DNA of 64,000 nt from Candidatus Poribacteria bacterium (GCA_028820655.1 JAPPIK010000006.1:183427-247426); one strand, 5' to 3'; counted from the first letter of the stretch, positions 31,206-41,445 are shown. The notes: generated by a model from the letters alone, not told the origin. Program-made: numbers and translations.

Positions 31206-31916
31206 TTACCCATCCATCACGCGCTCGCCCCCTGTCATCGGGACAAAACGGACCCCTGTGATCGCCGTCTGTTTAATTCCGCGGTCCGTCTTCCGGATCA
31301 GGATGAGTTCTTGATCGCTATCTCCTATCGGGAGCACCAACCTGCCCCCGTTTGCCAGTTGGTTTATGAGCCGATCGGGAATATTCTTTGGCGCAGCCGC
31401 CACAAGAATACCGTCGTAGGGCGCGTGTTCCTGCCAACCGAAGTAGCCGTTTCCAATCTTCAATTGGACATTCCGATAACCGAACATGTCGAGTCGACTT
31501 TGTGCGCCAATCGCGAGGCTCTCTATGATTTCTACGGTGTAGACCTGCCCAACGATCTCTGCCAACACCGCGGTTTGGTAGCCGCACCCCGTGCCGATTT
31601 CGAGAACCTTGAACCCCGGTTGTAGTTCGAGAAGCTCCGTCATTAGAGCAACAATGTAGGGCTGAGAGATGGTCTGGTTGTCAGCGATGGGCAATGCATG
31701 GTCGGAATAAGCCTCGCTCAGAAATGATGATTCAACAAAACGATGACGAGGCACCTTTTCCATTACTTCCAGCACGCGCGAATCCGCAATTCCCCGTTCG
31801 CGAATCTGTTTGCGAACCATCTTGTGTCTCAATTCGGCATAGTTTTCCTCAACCGAGTGAGTCTTGTTCCGAGACTTTCGGACTCTGAAGCGCATTGTCT
31901 TCACCTTGGGACTCAC
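31206..31916 (-). CDS. pcm: Protein-L-isoaspartate O-methyltransferase; start likely internal to ORF
   Basis: SQPYIVALMTELL, VLEIGTGCGYQTAVLAE (SAM-binding motif I) and GRLVLPIG motifs. Confidence 0.88.
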   Translation of the reverse strand: MSPKVKTMRFRVRKSRNKTHSVEENYAELRHKMVRKQIRERGIADSRVLEVMEKVPRHRFVESSFLSEAYSDHALPIADNQTISQPYIVALMTELLELQPGFKVLEIGTGCGYQTAVLAEIVGQVYTVEIIESLAIGAQSRLDMFGYRNVQLKIGNGYFGWQEHAPYDGILVAAAPKNIPDRLINQLANGGRLVLPIGDSDQELILIRKTDRGIKQTAITGVRFVPMTGGERVMDG

Positions 31917-33014
31917 GCACTTCGGTTAGCTAAATCGTTTATCAATGTACCTCTGAGATAGGATTTTGCGGGCAATCATGTGCCAGGAAATCGTCACGAT
32001 AAACTAGCGTAGGAACAACCTACCGCCGCGAGCGAAACTCGCTTCAACAGAAGACAGCCCAAAGATCGGGTCAATTTAGGACCGAGTTGACGATTCGGTG
32101 AAAGATCTTTGTTGATTCGTTGACTCAACAGCGACAATAAAAGTCAATAGAACATGAAATAGCTGTTTTGCGGTGATAGTATTTAAACCAATCGGGAAAC
32201 TCAGTAGCATCGAAATCGGTATCGCCTCTGTTATCCACTCGATAAATTCCTATTCGCCCCTTAATCCCTCCCTATCAAGTCGGTTGATTGTTCCTTTGAT
32301 TCTTCCTACAAAGTGAGATAATGATCGGCGGGCGGCGCCGGCGCTACATGAATTGTTTCATCATCCATTCGGTTGACGCTACCCTAGTATCGCACTCGAC
32401 AAATGTTGTCGCAGATCATGTGTTTCGACTCGAAAAGGGCGTCGAAGCGAGTCGCAGCTTGGCTTCGCGCATGATTTCTGTCGTGATTGAAGTATGCGAA
32501 ATCCTGCGAAATCCTGCGAATATAATCTCTCCCTCCCCCGGTGTTTATAACGATTGCTCAAAAACCGCGTCGGGCACTATGAGCGGACGCCGCCCGGATT
32601 CGCTCATTTCCCGACAAAATCGGCGTCGAACGCGGGCAAGATCAGTCGAAAGGGACAAACGACTTGGAATCAAATTAGACATTTTACTCCGTCGGTTATT
32701 CTTATTTTCAAGGCAAAAATGGCGCGGGCCAGGTTGACCAGACCGTCCTTTCAGCACAGCATCGCGAAGGCGCTTCGACCTCTCCAGCGGCGGATGCGTT
32801 TTTGAACCGATTGCACACGAGATACTGTGGACTGTCGTGCCGGCGACATGTCGCCGGCGGGTGTCGAATCGCGACCAACGACAACCGCTTAAATTATACT
32901 ATACATGTGTATAGTTGTCAATAAAAAAACTGGGAGACATTGCGATCAAATCGTGCCCATAAGACGCCCGCGCCTCACTGCCGCACGATTCATTACCACA
33001 CTAAACGGTGAAAC

Positions 33015-35348
33015 CTAATCGTTGACCTCTATTGCATACGGAGTCAATAGGAACGTGCGATGTTGGCGCAACAGGTCCAGTAGCGAACCACGCCGACCAT
33101 CCGTCGATCCGCCGACGAATGTCTTTGCGGTATTGTAAGCCTTGAGCCATTGGGTAAACCAATGTTCGCGAGGCAACCGGACGAGTTCAACTTCCTTACT
33201 TTCCAACCCGGCTCTCTTCCGGGCGACCATAATAGCGTGATTCAATCCTCCGAGTTGATCAACGAGTCCATTCTCAAGCGCTTGTTTTCCGGTCCAAACC
33301 CGACCTCTGGCAATGCGATCAACCTCGTCCTTCGTCATGTCACGAGCGTCTGCCACTTTTGCGATGAATTCGTCGTAAATTTCGCTAATTTGACGGCGAA
33401 CAATCGCGCGTTCTTCGGGTGGATAATCTCCATAATCCGTATAGAAATCGGCATGTTTTCCGCGTTTGATAATCTCTTTGCGTACGCCAATTTTGTCGTA
33501 CAGTCCTTTGAGGCTAAATTTACCGCCGATAACGCCGATAGAGCCTGTGATGGTGCCGGGTTCGGCGACAATAACATGTGCCGGCACGGCAATATAATAA
33601 CCTCCAGATCCAGCAACATCGGCCATCGACACAATTAACGGTTTAACCTCTTTCAGAAGCATCAACTCCCGCCAGATGATGTCCGCGGCGATGACCAGCC
33701 CCCCGCCGCTGTCAATCCGTAATACAACCGCCTTAACGGAATCATCCAGGCGAACGGATCGGACCGCACGTGCAATTGTGGTAGAACCCATCGCTTGGGT
33801 TCCCGTGAACGGATCCCAAAAACTGTCGCCGGTGACCATGGTTCCGGCGGCTTCAATGATTGCGATCTTCGGCAAGGGAATCTCCCAGTCGGGCCGGTAT
33901 GTCTCGGTGTTCAAATATAGCTTCGCCTTCACCAGCGAATACGATCCTCTCATCAGTTCCTTCGTTATGGTTTCCAATTCATCTCGATATGCAAGCCGAT
34001 CAACAACACCGTGCTCAACCGCCTGCTTTGCCGTGAAGGGGCCCCGGTCAATTTGTTCCTTAATTTGGTTTTGCGTTAACTTTCGTTCGGCGGCGATGGA
34101 TTCACACACTTGATCGTACAGATCATCCAGAATTGAGTTTTGGACCTCCCGGTGGGCATCGGACATTCGCTCGCGGGTAAAAGGATCGGACGCCGTTTTG
34201 TAGTCGCCAATGTGTTCGAGATCGGCTCGAAGACCCAATTTGTCCAGCGTCTTTTTGTAGAACGAAGTCTCCGACCGCAGTCCGATCAACCGCACTTCCC
34301 CCGATGGATGAAGGACAATTCGGTCACATGCGGAGGCAACGATGTAAGTGCCCGTAGAATAGTTGTGCCCGTAACAGATCGTTCGCTTGCCGGCGGATTT
34401 AAAATCCGATACCACATCGCGCAACTCCTGTAATCGCCCAAGTCCGAGATCGGTGTTCTCAACCCGTATGAGCGCCCCTGCAACGTCGGGATCTCGCTTT
34501 GCAATCCTCAGTGTCCTTGCGGCATCGCGGATCCGAGTCTCCAGGAAGATCTTGCTCCGCAACCGAGGTTTGTTTTGATCGACGTTGGAGACGTGTATGT
34601 AACTGAGACCGTCCCGATGCTCCCGGTTCTCATCGAACCGATTAAACGCTCCCAATCCGACTTGACCCAGCGTGATGCCGAAACGGATGTCGAAGCTGCC
34701 GCTCTCGTTTAGATTGGCTCTCACCAACACGGCTTGAACCGGACGGAATTCTACGGCATAGTCAAGATCGATCCCGTCGATGTTTTCCGTTTTTCGCGCG
34801 TCAAGAGAGAAGGTTACGCGCCAGGTGCGCGGTCGAAAAGCCAAACCGAAATCGTAGGTTCGATTCTTGTCAAGAAGCTTCGGTCGATTCAAATCTCTCG
34901 CAACAATGCCAAGCGAAAGGTAGCGTCGGCGCAACATCAAACCGAGCGACAAGGAAGAGAACTCATCGTAGCTTTCATCATCGGAATTAATCCAGCTATA
35001 ACCGGTTCCCCAATAAAGTGATCCCAAGAGACGACTGCCGCTCGACAAGGTGTATCGAGCGAAATCAACATTGACTCCGCCGAACTCCATGCCGAACCCG
35101 ATACCGGGGTTGGAGACAAAGAAGGCATCATCACCACTTGAGGCGCCGCTGTAGGTACGCAAATAGCATAAGTTGAAACCGTTACTTACAGCAAGCCCCG
35201 CAGGATTGAGAACTGTTGCCAGCGGATCGTCACTCACAGCGACAGAATTGGAGGGGAGAGGTGTCTGTGTCTTTGGGGCGGCTGCCGCAGGGTGGGAGAC
35301 AACAAGTGCGAGGAGTGCAGCAATGAATCCAATTTTCGGGCGACTCAA
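33015..35348 (-). CDS. sppA: Signal peptide peptidase SppA (67K tandem-domain type) with ~260-aa N-terminal beta-rich extension
   Basis: Two ClpP/crotonase-like SppA domains (ICYGHNYSTGTYIVASACDRI and VVSMADVAGSGGYYIAVPAHVI with Ser). N-terminal signal peptide plus an OMP-like region. Confidence 0.8.
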   Translation of the reverse strand: MSRPKIGFIAALLALVVSHPAAAAPKTQTPLPSNSVAVSDDPLATVLNPAGLAVSNGFNLCYLRTYSGASSGDDAFFVSNPGIGFGMEFGGVNVDFARYTLSSGSRLLGSLYWGTGYSWINSDDESYDEFSSLSLGLMLRRRYLSLGIVARDLNRPKLLDKNRTYDFGLAFRPRTWRVTFSLDARKTENIDGIDLDYAVEFRPVQAVLVRANLNESGSFDIRFGITLGQVGLGAFNRFDENREHRDGLSYIHVSNVDQNKPRLRSKIFLETRIRDAARTLRIAKRDPDVAGALIRVENTDLGLGRLQELRDVVSDFKSAGKRTICYGHNYSTGTYIVASACDRIVLHPSGEVRLIGLRSETSFYKKTLDKLGLRADLEHIGDYKTASDPFTRERMSDAHREVQNSILDDLYDQVCESIAAERKLTQNQIKEQIDRGPFTAKQAVEHGVVDRLAYRDELETITKELMRGSYSLVKAKLYLNTETYRPDWEIPLPKIAIIEAAGTMVTGDSFWDPFTGTQAMGSTTIARAVRSVRLDDSVKAVVLRIDSGGGLVIAADIIWRELMLLKEVKPLIVSMADVAGSGGYYIAVPAHVIVAEPGTITGSIGVIGGKFSLKGLYDKIGVRKEIIKRGKHADFYTDYGDYPPEERAIVRRQISEIYDEFIAKVADARDMTKDEVDRIARGRVWTGKQALENGLVDQLGGLNHAIMVARKRAGLESKEVELVRLPREHWFTQWLKAYNTAKTFVGGSTDGRRGSLLDLLRQHRTFLLTPYAIEVND

Positions 35349-35475
35349 ATTTTTTCCTTCCTAATCGAGTAGGCTGCGCTATGGGCCGGCTTTGCGCGCC
35401 ATCGCTTGATGTGAATAATAACCCGCCGCGCGGAGACACTAACCCATTCAACGCAATGCATGAATAGCATTTTTG

Positions 35476-37594
35476 CATTATACCACCAAAGCGAGGTGTT
35501 AGCAATTCAAATTGAGCGGCTCACGTGAGATAGCAAGCCTCTATAGCCTTTTAAGAGTGGCTCGTCGGAATTAAATGTGGAATATAAAATTGACGTTGTG
35601 GTTTATTTTCAAGAAAAAAACTCGGTTTCGGGGGCGCTGGTGCGCGGATACGGGAAGATTGGAAGGAGGGAATGGGGAGAGGATTGTCTGAATCACGGAT
35701 TGGGAGGGATGGTGGGCGGTGACGTGGGGCGGGCGGGGGAATCGCGATCGGGAGGTCGATTCTACAGATAAAACGCTGGTGCGCGGAAGATCGCTATCGG
35801 AGTTCTACCGCGCTCGCTATTCACTCGCTTGCTGGATCTCTATCGCACTCGCTATCCACTCGCTTGATTACCCTACACGTTGTGAATTAGGAATGGTGGG
35901 CAATGCCCACCCTACAACTGCCAAATCGCGATCGGGAGAAGATCGCTGTCGTGGTCGTTGTTCTCTCGGTTGTATGGATGTTTGTCTCGCCTTTGAAATC
36001 ACATTGCACTCCGCTGGAGTGCGGGAATTGAGATGTCTGTTTTCTATTGACATGCCGCTCCGTTGGAGCGGGAAATCGCGATCGGGAGATCGCTCCTACG
36101 GGGCGGGGAGTCGCGGCCGGGAGGTCGATTCTACAGAAAAAAGGCGCGTGCGCGGAAGATCGCTATCGGAGTTCTACCGCGCTCGCTATTCACTCGCTTG
36201 CTGGATCTCTATCGCACTCGCTATCCACTCGCTTGAGGGATTTCTATCGCGCTCGCTATCCACTCGCTTGATTACCCTACAGGTTGTGAATTAGGAATGG
36301 CGGGCAATGCCCACCCTACAACTGCCAAATCGCGACCTGGAGAAGATCTCTATGGGATTTCTACCGCAGTCGCTATTCACTCCTTTGCTCACTCATTATC
36401 CATTCGCTTGATCTCCCACAGGAACCGGTTGATGGGCGCCGGGGAGGGGAATCGCGGCCGGGAGGTCGTTCCACAGGGAGGGGAGGCGCGGCGTCGAGGT
36501 CGTGCGGTAAGAAATCGGGGCAAGATGCCTCTCCCACAATTCTCAGAAAGAAGCCAAGTTATCAAGAAAAAACTGGGTTTCGGGGGCACTGGTGCGCGGA
36601 CACGGGAAGAATGGAAGGAGGAAGGGGGAGGGGTTGTCTGGATCACGGATTAGAGGATGGCACAGACGCACAGATGATAGAAGAATAGACGGGACGAAAT
36701 CGGGGGCAAGACAAAAAGACAAGATGTCTACGATGTGATGATGGATGACTGTGTGAAGAAAGAATTGTTGTGCCGCGAGGAGCTTTTATTGAGATCTTCC
36801 GTTTATTTAGGGCATAGATCGTTCAGACGCAATCCTCGGTGCTGTCAGCCTCCAGTCCATCGTTATTAGCCACGTGGATCAATCAGATTCCGTTGATTTA
36901 TGTATTTCGTAGTTTCCAATGTGAGCGTCTAGCTTCCTGTCGATAACATCGACTTTCCGAGCCAAGTTATCGTGTTCTCTGCTAATCTGCGACCGGAGAT
37001 CGTTGAATCGCTGGTCGATTTGTTCGAATCGTTGGTCCATATGCTTGCCAAAATGATCGAATCGATGGTCAATGCTTTTGGAAAAGTCATCGAATCGTTG
37101 GTCAATGCTTTTGGAAAAGTCATCGAATCGTTGGTCAATGCCTTTGGCAAAGTTTTCAAATCGATTGTTCATGTTCTTACTCAAATCGTCTACACGCTTG
37201 CTTACAATGTGCGCGACCGAGAAGATGCCACCAATGTACAGAGCGATTAGCGCGGCAATCTGTCCCATTAGTATCCAACTCATCGCTATGAACCCCCTTG
37301 ATAGTATTGCATGCAACTGTCAATCGCCTAACAGAAAATTCTTCTTCAATATCTTCCTGTTATAGTAGTTATCCATTTTCAAACATACTTCATCAGTTGG
37401 TCCACGTCCTCTCTCACTCCCAATTCATTGTGTTTGCGCTATGGCTTCATGCGCGAAAGAACCTGTCACGCGAAAACACCAAACTGTGCCGGTCATAATT
37501 CGCGTCTCCGCATTATACCACCAAAGCAAGGTGTTATCAATTCAAATTGAGTGGCACACGGGAGATATCCAGCCCCTATGTCTTTCAGAGTATA
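35476..37594. repeat. Repeat-dense ~2.1-kb non-coding block
   Basis: Two 85-bp direct repeats (35476-35560, 37512-37594). Two ~230-bp direct repeats (about 35740-35950 and 36105-36350). ~100-bp direct repeats (35600-35700, 36560-36660). ~35-bp minisatellite tctatcgcRctcgctatYcactcgcttg. Inverted copy of the window-start unit at 36000-36103. Overlapping ORFs here encode repeat-derived peptides. Confidence 0.8.
36879..37316 (-). CDS. Membrane-anchored coiled-coil protein with tandem 11-aa repeats (IDQRFDDFSKS)
   Basis: N-terminal TM helix, then 5-6 tandem repeats encoded by 33-bp DNA repeats. Confidence 0.55.
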   Translation of the reverse strand: MHAILSRGFIAMSWILMGQIAALIALYIGGIFSVAHIVSKRVDDLSKNMNNRFENFAKGIDQRFDDFSKSIDQRFDDFSKSIDHRFDHFGKHMDQRFEQIDQRFNDLRSQISREHDNLARKVDVIDRKLDAHIGNYEIHKSTESD

Positions 37595-37604
37595 CCACCG
37601 CACA

Positions 37605-37634
37605 TTGCAGAACTGTGTTTTAATGTGCTAAAAT
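37605..37634 (+). promoter_or_regulatory. Candidate sigma-70 promoter (TTGCAG - 18 bp - TGcTAAAAT extended -10) for the DUF3179/rSAM operon
   Basis: Sequence match to -35/-10 consensus about 90 bp upstream of the ATG at 37726. Confidence 0.35.
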
Positions 37635-37725
37635 GCTGTGGACATCGGGATGTGTACATTCCGGAGAAGGCTCCGTGTCGCACGCAGTATTGAAATCCGA
37701 AAGGAATGGTACCCGCACCTGTAAA

Positions 37726-38784
37726 ATGGATAAGAATATCACCCTTTTATCGACCACAATCCTGTTGCTGCTGCTCAAATGCCTACCGTGGGCGGGCACA
37801 ACCCGTGCCGCAGAGGCAGGTTATTCGCGAGATGTCATTAAGACACTGCTGCCTTTCGATGCAATTCCCGCGATCACGAACCCGCAGTTTGTGTCAGCGC
37901 ACGAAGCGCAATTGGGCGGCGATGCTCCCGTTATCGGAGTGACTTTCAACGGGGAGCAGCACGTTTACTCGATCTATCTCTTGAACGGGCACGAAATCGT
38001 GAACGATGTTGTCGGCGGAATGAAGATTGCGACCACATGGTGACCGTTGTGCAACTCGGCTATCGTGTATAGCCGCGAGCTTGACGGGAAAACCTACACC
38101 TTCGGCGTTTCCGGCAAACTGTGGCGCGATGCGCTTGTCATGTACGATCATCAGACTCGCACGCTGTGGTCTCACATCACGGGCGAAGCTATCCGGGGAA
38201 AACTCGAAGGGAAGAGGCTAAAGATGCTGGCGGGGATGCCCAAAATCGACTGGCGAACGTGGCGCTTGAATTTCCCGGGGACGAAGGTACTTTCCGTGCC
38301 GGTCGGCGCTTTCGATAACTCCTTCTCGATCGAGGAGCAGAGGCGCGACAGCTACGCGCAATATCACGCCGGTCCGGAAACGGGAGTTAGCGGTATGCAC
38401 TACTCCGATACCCGTCTAAACAACAAAGAACTGGTAGTTGGCGTGAAACACGGAGATCGGCACCGTGCTTACCCGACTTCGGAATTTCAACCGAAGCCGA
38501 TCGTCCATGACGCCATCGACAATGTTCCGATCCTCGTGTTTCACGATCAAAACTCGGGCGCCACCGCCGTGTACAAACGAACGCCAGATGGATTGACGTT
38601 GGTGTTCGAATGGTGCAAAGGTTATTTTGCCGTAGACAGCGCGGGAACAACTTGGAACCTTATCACGGGCCTCGCGACGCAGGGGAAATACAAAGGGACA
38701 CGGCTGGAACGGCTGCCTTCAATCAACCTCTACTGGTTCGCATGGGCGCGTTACTACCCCGATACGTCGATTTATGGTCGATGA
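37726..38784 (+). CDS. DUF3179-family secreted protein with in-frame TGA (38041-38043) at the first Cys of the conserved C-P-L-C motif; predicted selenoprotein (U-P-L-C)
   Basis: ORFs 37633-38043 and 38047-38784 are in the same frame across one TGA. HEIVNDVVGG...TTW-[TGA]-PLCNSAIVY matches the DUF3179 HEIVND...TYCPLC core. Hairpin cggctat-cgtgt-atagccg sits 13 nt downstream of the TGA. Signal peptide from ATG 37726. Confidence 0.65.
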
Positions 38785-38804
38785 GATCGATACACTAAGG
38801 AGCT

Positions 38805-39779
38805 ATGCAGGAAGCAGAACCGATGAATCCATTTGAGAAGGAAATTGCGCGTTACAACGGACACGGACTCGGCGCCTTAGACATCGATACGATCCAGGTC
38901 AATATCGGTCTAAGGTGTAACTTGGAGTGCGCCCATTGCCACGTCGTGTCCTCTCCGCGCCGGAAGGAGACTATGGGCTGGACCACGATGGAACATGTGA
39001 TATCGGCTGCGGAAGAGGTGTGCGCCAAGCTCGTCGACATCACCGGAGGCGCCCCGGAAATGCATCCTCATTTCCGGCGATTTGTCTCCGCACTGCACGA
39101 AAAACGACTGCCCGTGATGGTGAGGACGAACCTGACGATCCTGCTGGAAAGCGGATTTGAGACGATGCCGGAGTTCTTCCGCGAACATCAAGTTGAACTT
39201 TGCGCCTCCTTGCCCTGCTACTTGGAGGAGAATGTGGATTCACAGCGCGGTACAGGAGTTTACGAAAAAAGCATCCAAGCACTTAGAGTTCTAAACGAGC
39301 GCGGATACGGGATTGAACCCGGCCTGCCGTTGAATCTAGTTTATAACCCGGTTGACGCCGCTCTCCCGCCGAATGCATTAGAACTTGAAGCGGATTACAA
39401 GCATGAGCTACGGGAACGTTTCGGAATCGAATTTTCCAGTCTGCTGACTATCACAAACATGCCGATCGGTCAATTTCGGCGCGACTTGAAACGGGAAAAT
39501 AAACTCGAAGATTACAACCGGCTGCTTCAAGCGTCGTTTAATCCCGCGACGCTGGATGGCTTGATGTGCCGTCATCAGATTCATGTCGGCTGGGATGGCC
39601 GGCTCTACGATTGCGATTTCAACTACGCGCTCAAACTACCGGTAGGTGACGCGTATCCCCAATATATCAAGGATTTCAATCCCCACCTGCTTCTGAATCG
39701 CAAGATTCAGACGGGATTCCACTGCTTCGGATGCACGGCGGGTAGCGGGTCGTCCTGCGGCGGTGCACTGGTTGAATAA
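38805..39779 (+). CDS. Radical SAM protein of the ArsS-like family (Cys-rich C-terminal CxxCxAGxGSSCxG)
   Basis: CNLECAHCH CX3CX2C radical-SAM motif near the N-terminus. C-terminal GFHCFGCTAGSGSSCGGALVE. Starts 21 bp after the DUF3179 gene. Confidence 0.75.
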   Translation: MQEAEPMNPFEKEIARYNGHGLGALDIDTIQVNIGLRCNLECAHCHVVSSPRRKETMGWTTMEHVISAAEEVCAKLVDITGGAPEMHPHFRRFVSALHEKRLPVMVRTNLTILLESGFETMPEFFREHQVELCASLPCYLEENVDSQRGTGVYEKSIQALRVLNERGYGIEPGLPLNLVYNPVDAALPPNALELEADYKHELRERFGIEFSSLLTITNMPIGQFRRDLKRENKLEDYNRLLQASFNPATLDGLMCRHQIHVGWDGRLYDCDFNYALKLPVGDAYPQYIKDFNPHLLLNRKIQTGFHCFGCTAGSGSSCGGALVE

Positions 39780-39792
39780 ACCTCGCTAGGGC

Positions 39793-41445
39793 TTATTCGT
39801 AGATATTCTTCATCTGCCACGCATCAAGCGAGCTGAGCGTCATATCTTGATTTTGGGCGCGTATCGAGACGCCGGTGCTGTCCTCGCGACCGGGATATAC
39901 GCGCACCGCCACACACTGTTTGCCGTTGACAAATACCTCAACCACGCTTCTGTCGACGAATACGCGCAGCTTGAGCCGCTCTTCCTTTCCAATTGACACG
40001 GGCGCCGTCTCGGGAGGTCGAGGGCGCGCGTCGGGCAGCGTCGATGAATAAGACATATCAACCGTGATCATGCTGTACTGTCCGTCTCCTCCGATGTCCC
40101 GTCTACTGAAGCCCCGGTTCCTGAAGAACACGATTCGCGTGAACTCCTCCGCCCCCGGCGACCGGAACACGTTCAGTTCAACCATACCGGCTGTTGGCGC
40201 ATCTGCCGGATCTATTTCGGCGATCAGTTCCATCGAATTTCCACGGATCGCATCGAAGACAACCTCCTGATTCGCGGGAAGTTTCGTTGTGCCCACGTGC
40301 TGATGGTTGTATCGCAGCGATTCAATGTCGCCGGCGGGTTCCATTCCCAACTCGTCCTTCCCGATCAACGTCAAACGCCTTGGCAACGTCATGATCTGAT
40401 TCCAACCTAAGGTATCCCTCCCCGGGTTCATGTTGAAGATAATAATCAGCCCGCCGTTGCCGTCCGGAGTAGCCGACGGTGCATGCGACGCGGAAGGGGA
40501 TGCCGCCCCGAAGGTGAAGTTGCCGGCCGCAGTAACAACGAATTTGTCTCGATCCTTATCGTAATCTCCCAGTAGATACTGTCCTCCACTCATGTGGCTG
40601 AAGAACGGAAGTATATGGCGATCCCCGATCGGCCAGAAATACGGACAAGCACCGTCATCGCCCACCAAGGTGAAGCGGTCATCTTCGACGAACGGATGCA
40701 GATATTCCCAGGATGCCAGGTCTCTTGAACGGAAGAGGAAATTCGCACGCACCGGTTTGCCGCCGGGCCCGTTCGGCAGCGTCCCGCCCGATAGGGAGTA
40801 GTACATGCCGTCTTTCTTCCAAATGCACGGATCGAAAACCCGATACGGCAGAGGCGACCCGTCGGGGCTTTTCATCGGAATTACAGCGTTGCCGGACACC
40901 TTCTCCCAGTTCAACAAAAGAGGATCGCTCGACACGGCGACCATATTGCCCACCTCGGTGCCGTGATACATGGCGATAACTCGATCTTCCTCGACGAACG
41001 CGGAACCGGAGTAGCAACATCTTTCCGGGTTCGGATAGATTGCATAGGGTAGATCTCGCCAGTGGATTAAGTCGTCGCTGACGGCATGTCCCCAATGTTG
41101 GCGTGAATCCTCCGGGGGGTAGGCTTGATAGAAAAGGTGCCAGCGCCCCTGCCAGAAACAAATGCCGTTCGGGTCGTTGAGGGTGTGTTCAGGATTGACG
41201 TAGTGATAAATTGGGCGATGCTTGTCCCCGGAGATCGCTTTGCGCGCCTCGAGCAGCCTCAGCATCAGCGGATTGGTTTTAAGTTGCGCTTCCTGTTCTT
41301 CAATCGAGTTGGCAAACGTATATTTCGGAACCTTTGATGTGTAGTCGGGTTGTGCTGTCGTTTCAGTTTGATTCATAAGTCGGTCTCCCTCTTGCTGGAA
41401 AATTGCTGTCGTTGGACCTCGTGCCGCGATGGGCGGATTGAACAC
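39793..41445 (-). CDS. Glycoside hydrolase family 32 (beta-fructofuranosidase/levanase-like)
   Basis: NDPNGICFWQGRWHLFYQ (GH32 catalytic NDPNG block), RDL and EC-type downstream blocks. 550 aa. Confidence 0.75.
   Translation of the reverse strand: MFNPPIAARGPTTAIFQQEGDRLMNQTETTAQPDYTSKVPKYTFANSIEEQEAQLKTNPLMLRLLEARKAISGDKHRPIYHYVNPEHTLNDPNGICFWQGRWHLFYQAYPPEDSRQHWGHAVSDDLIHWRDLPYAIYPNPERCCYSGSAFVEEDRVIAMYHGTEVGNMVAVSSDPLLLNWEKVSGNAVIPMKSPDGSPLPYRVFDPCIWKKDGMYYSLSGGTLPNGPGGKPVRANFLFRSRDLASWEYLHPFVEDDRFTLVGDDGACPYFWPIGDRHILPFFSHMSGGQYLLGDYDKDRDKFVVTAAGNFTFGAASPSASHAPSATPDGNGGLIIIFNMNPGRDTLGWNQIMTLPRRLTLIGKDELGMEPAGDIESLRYNHQHVGTTKLPANQEVVFDAIRGNSMELIAEIDPADAPTAGMVELNVFRSPGAEEFTRIVFFRNRGFSRRDIGGDGQYSMITVDMSYSSTLPDARPRPPETAPVSIGKEERLKLRVFVDRSVVEVFVNGKQCVAVRVYPGREDSTGVSIRAQNQDMTLSSLDAWQMKNIYE

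Noticed and set aside
32321-32805. ORFs 32321-32737, 32545-32757 and 32554-32805 in the pcm-sppA gap
   Set aside because: Mutually overlapping in different frames, no motifs, Arg-rich composition. Region better treated as non-coding.
35719-36653. ORFs 35719-36294, 36047-36271 and 36297-36653 in the repeat nest
   Set aside because: Their peptides repeat (RVRGRSLSEFYRARYSLACWISIALAIHSL occurs twice) because the DNA is repeated. There are no RBS or domain signals. Treated as non-coding.
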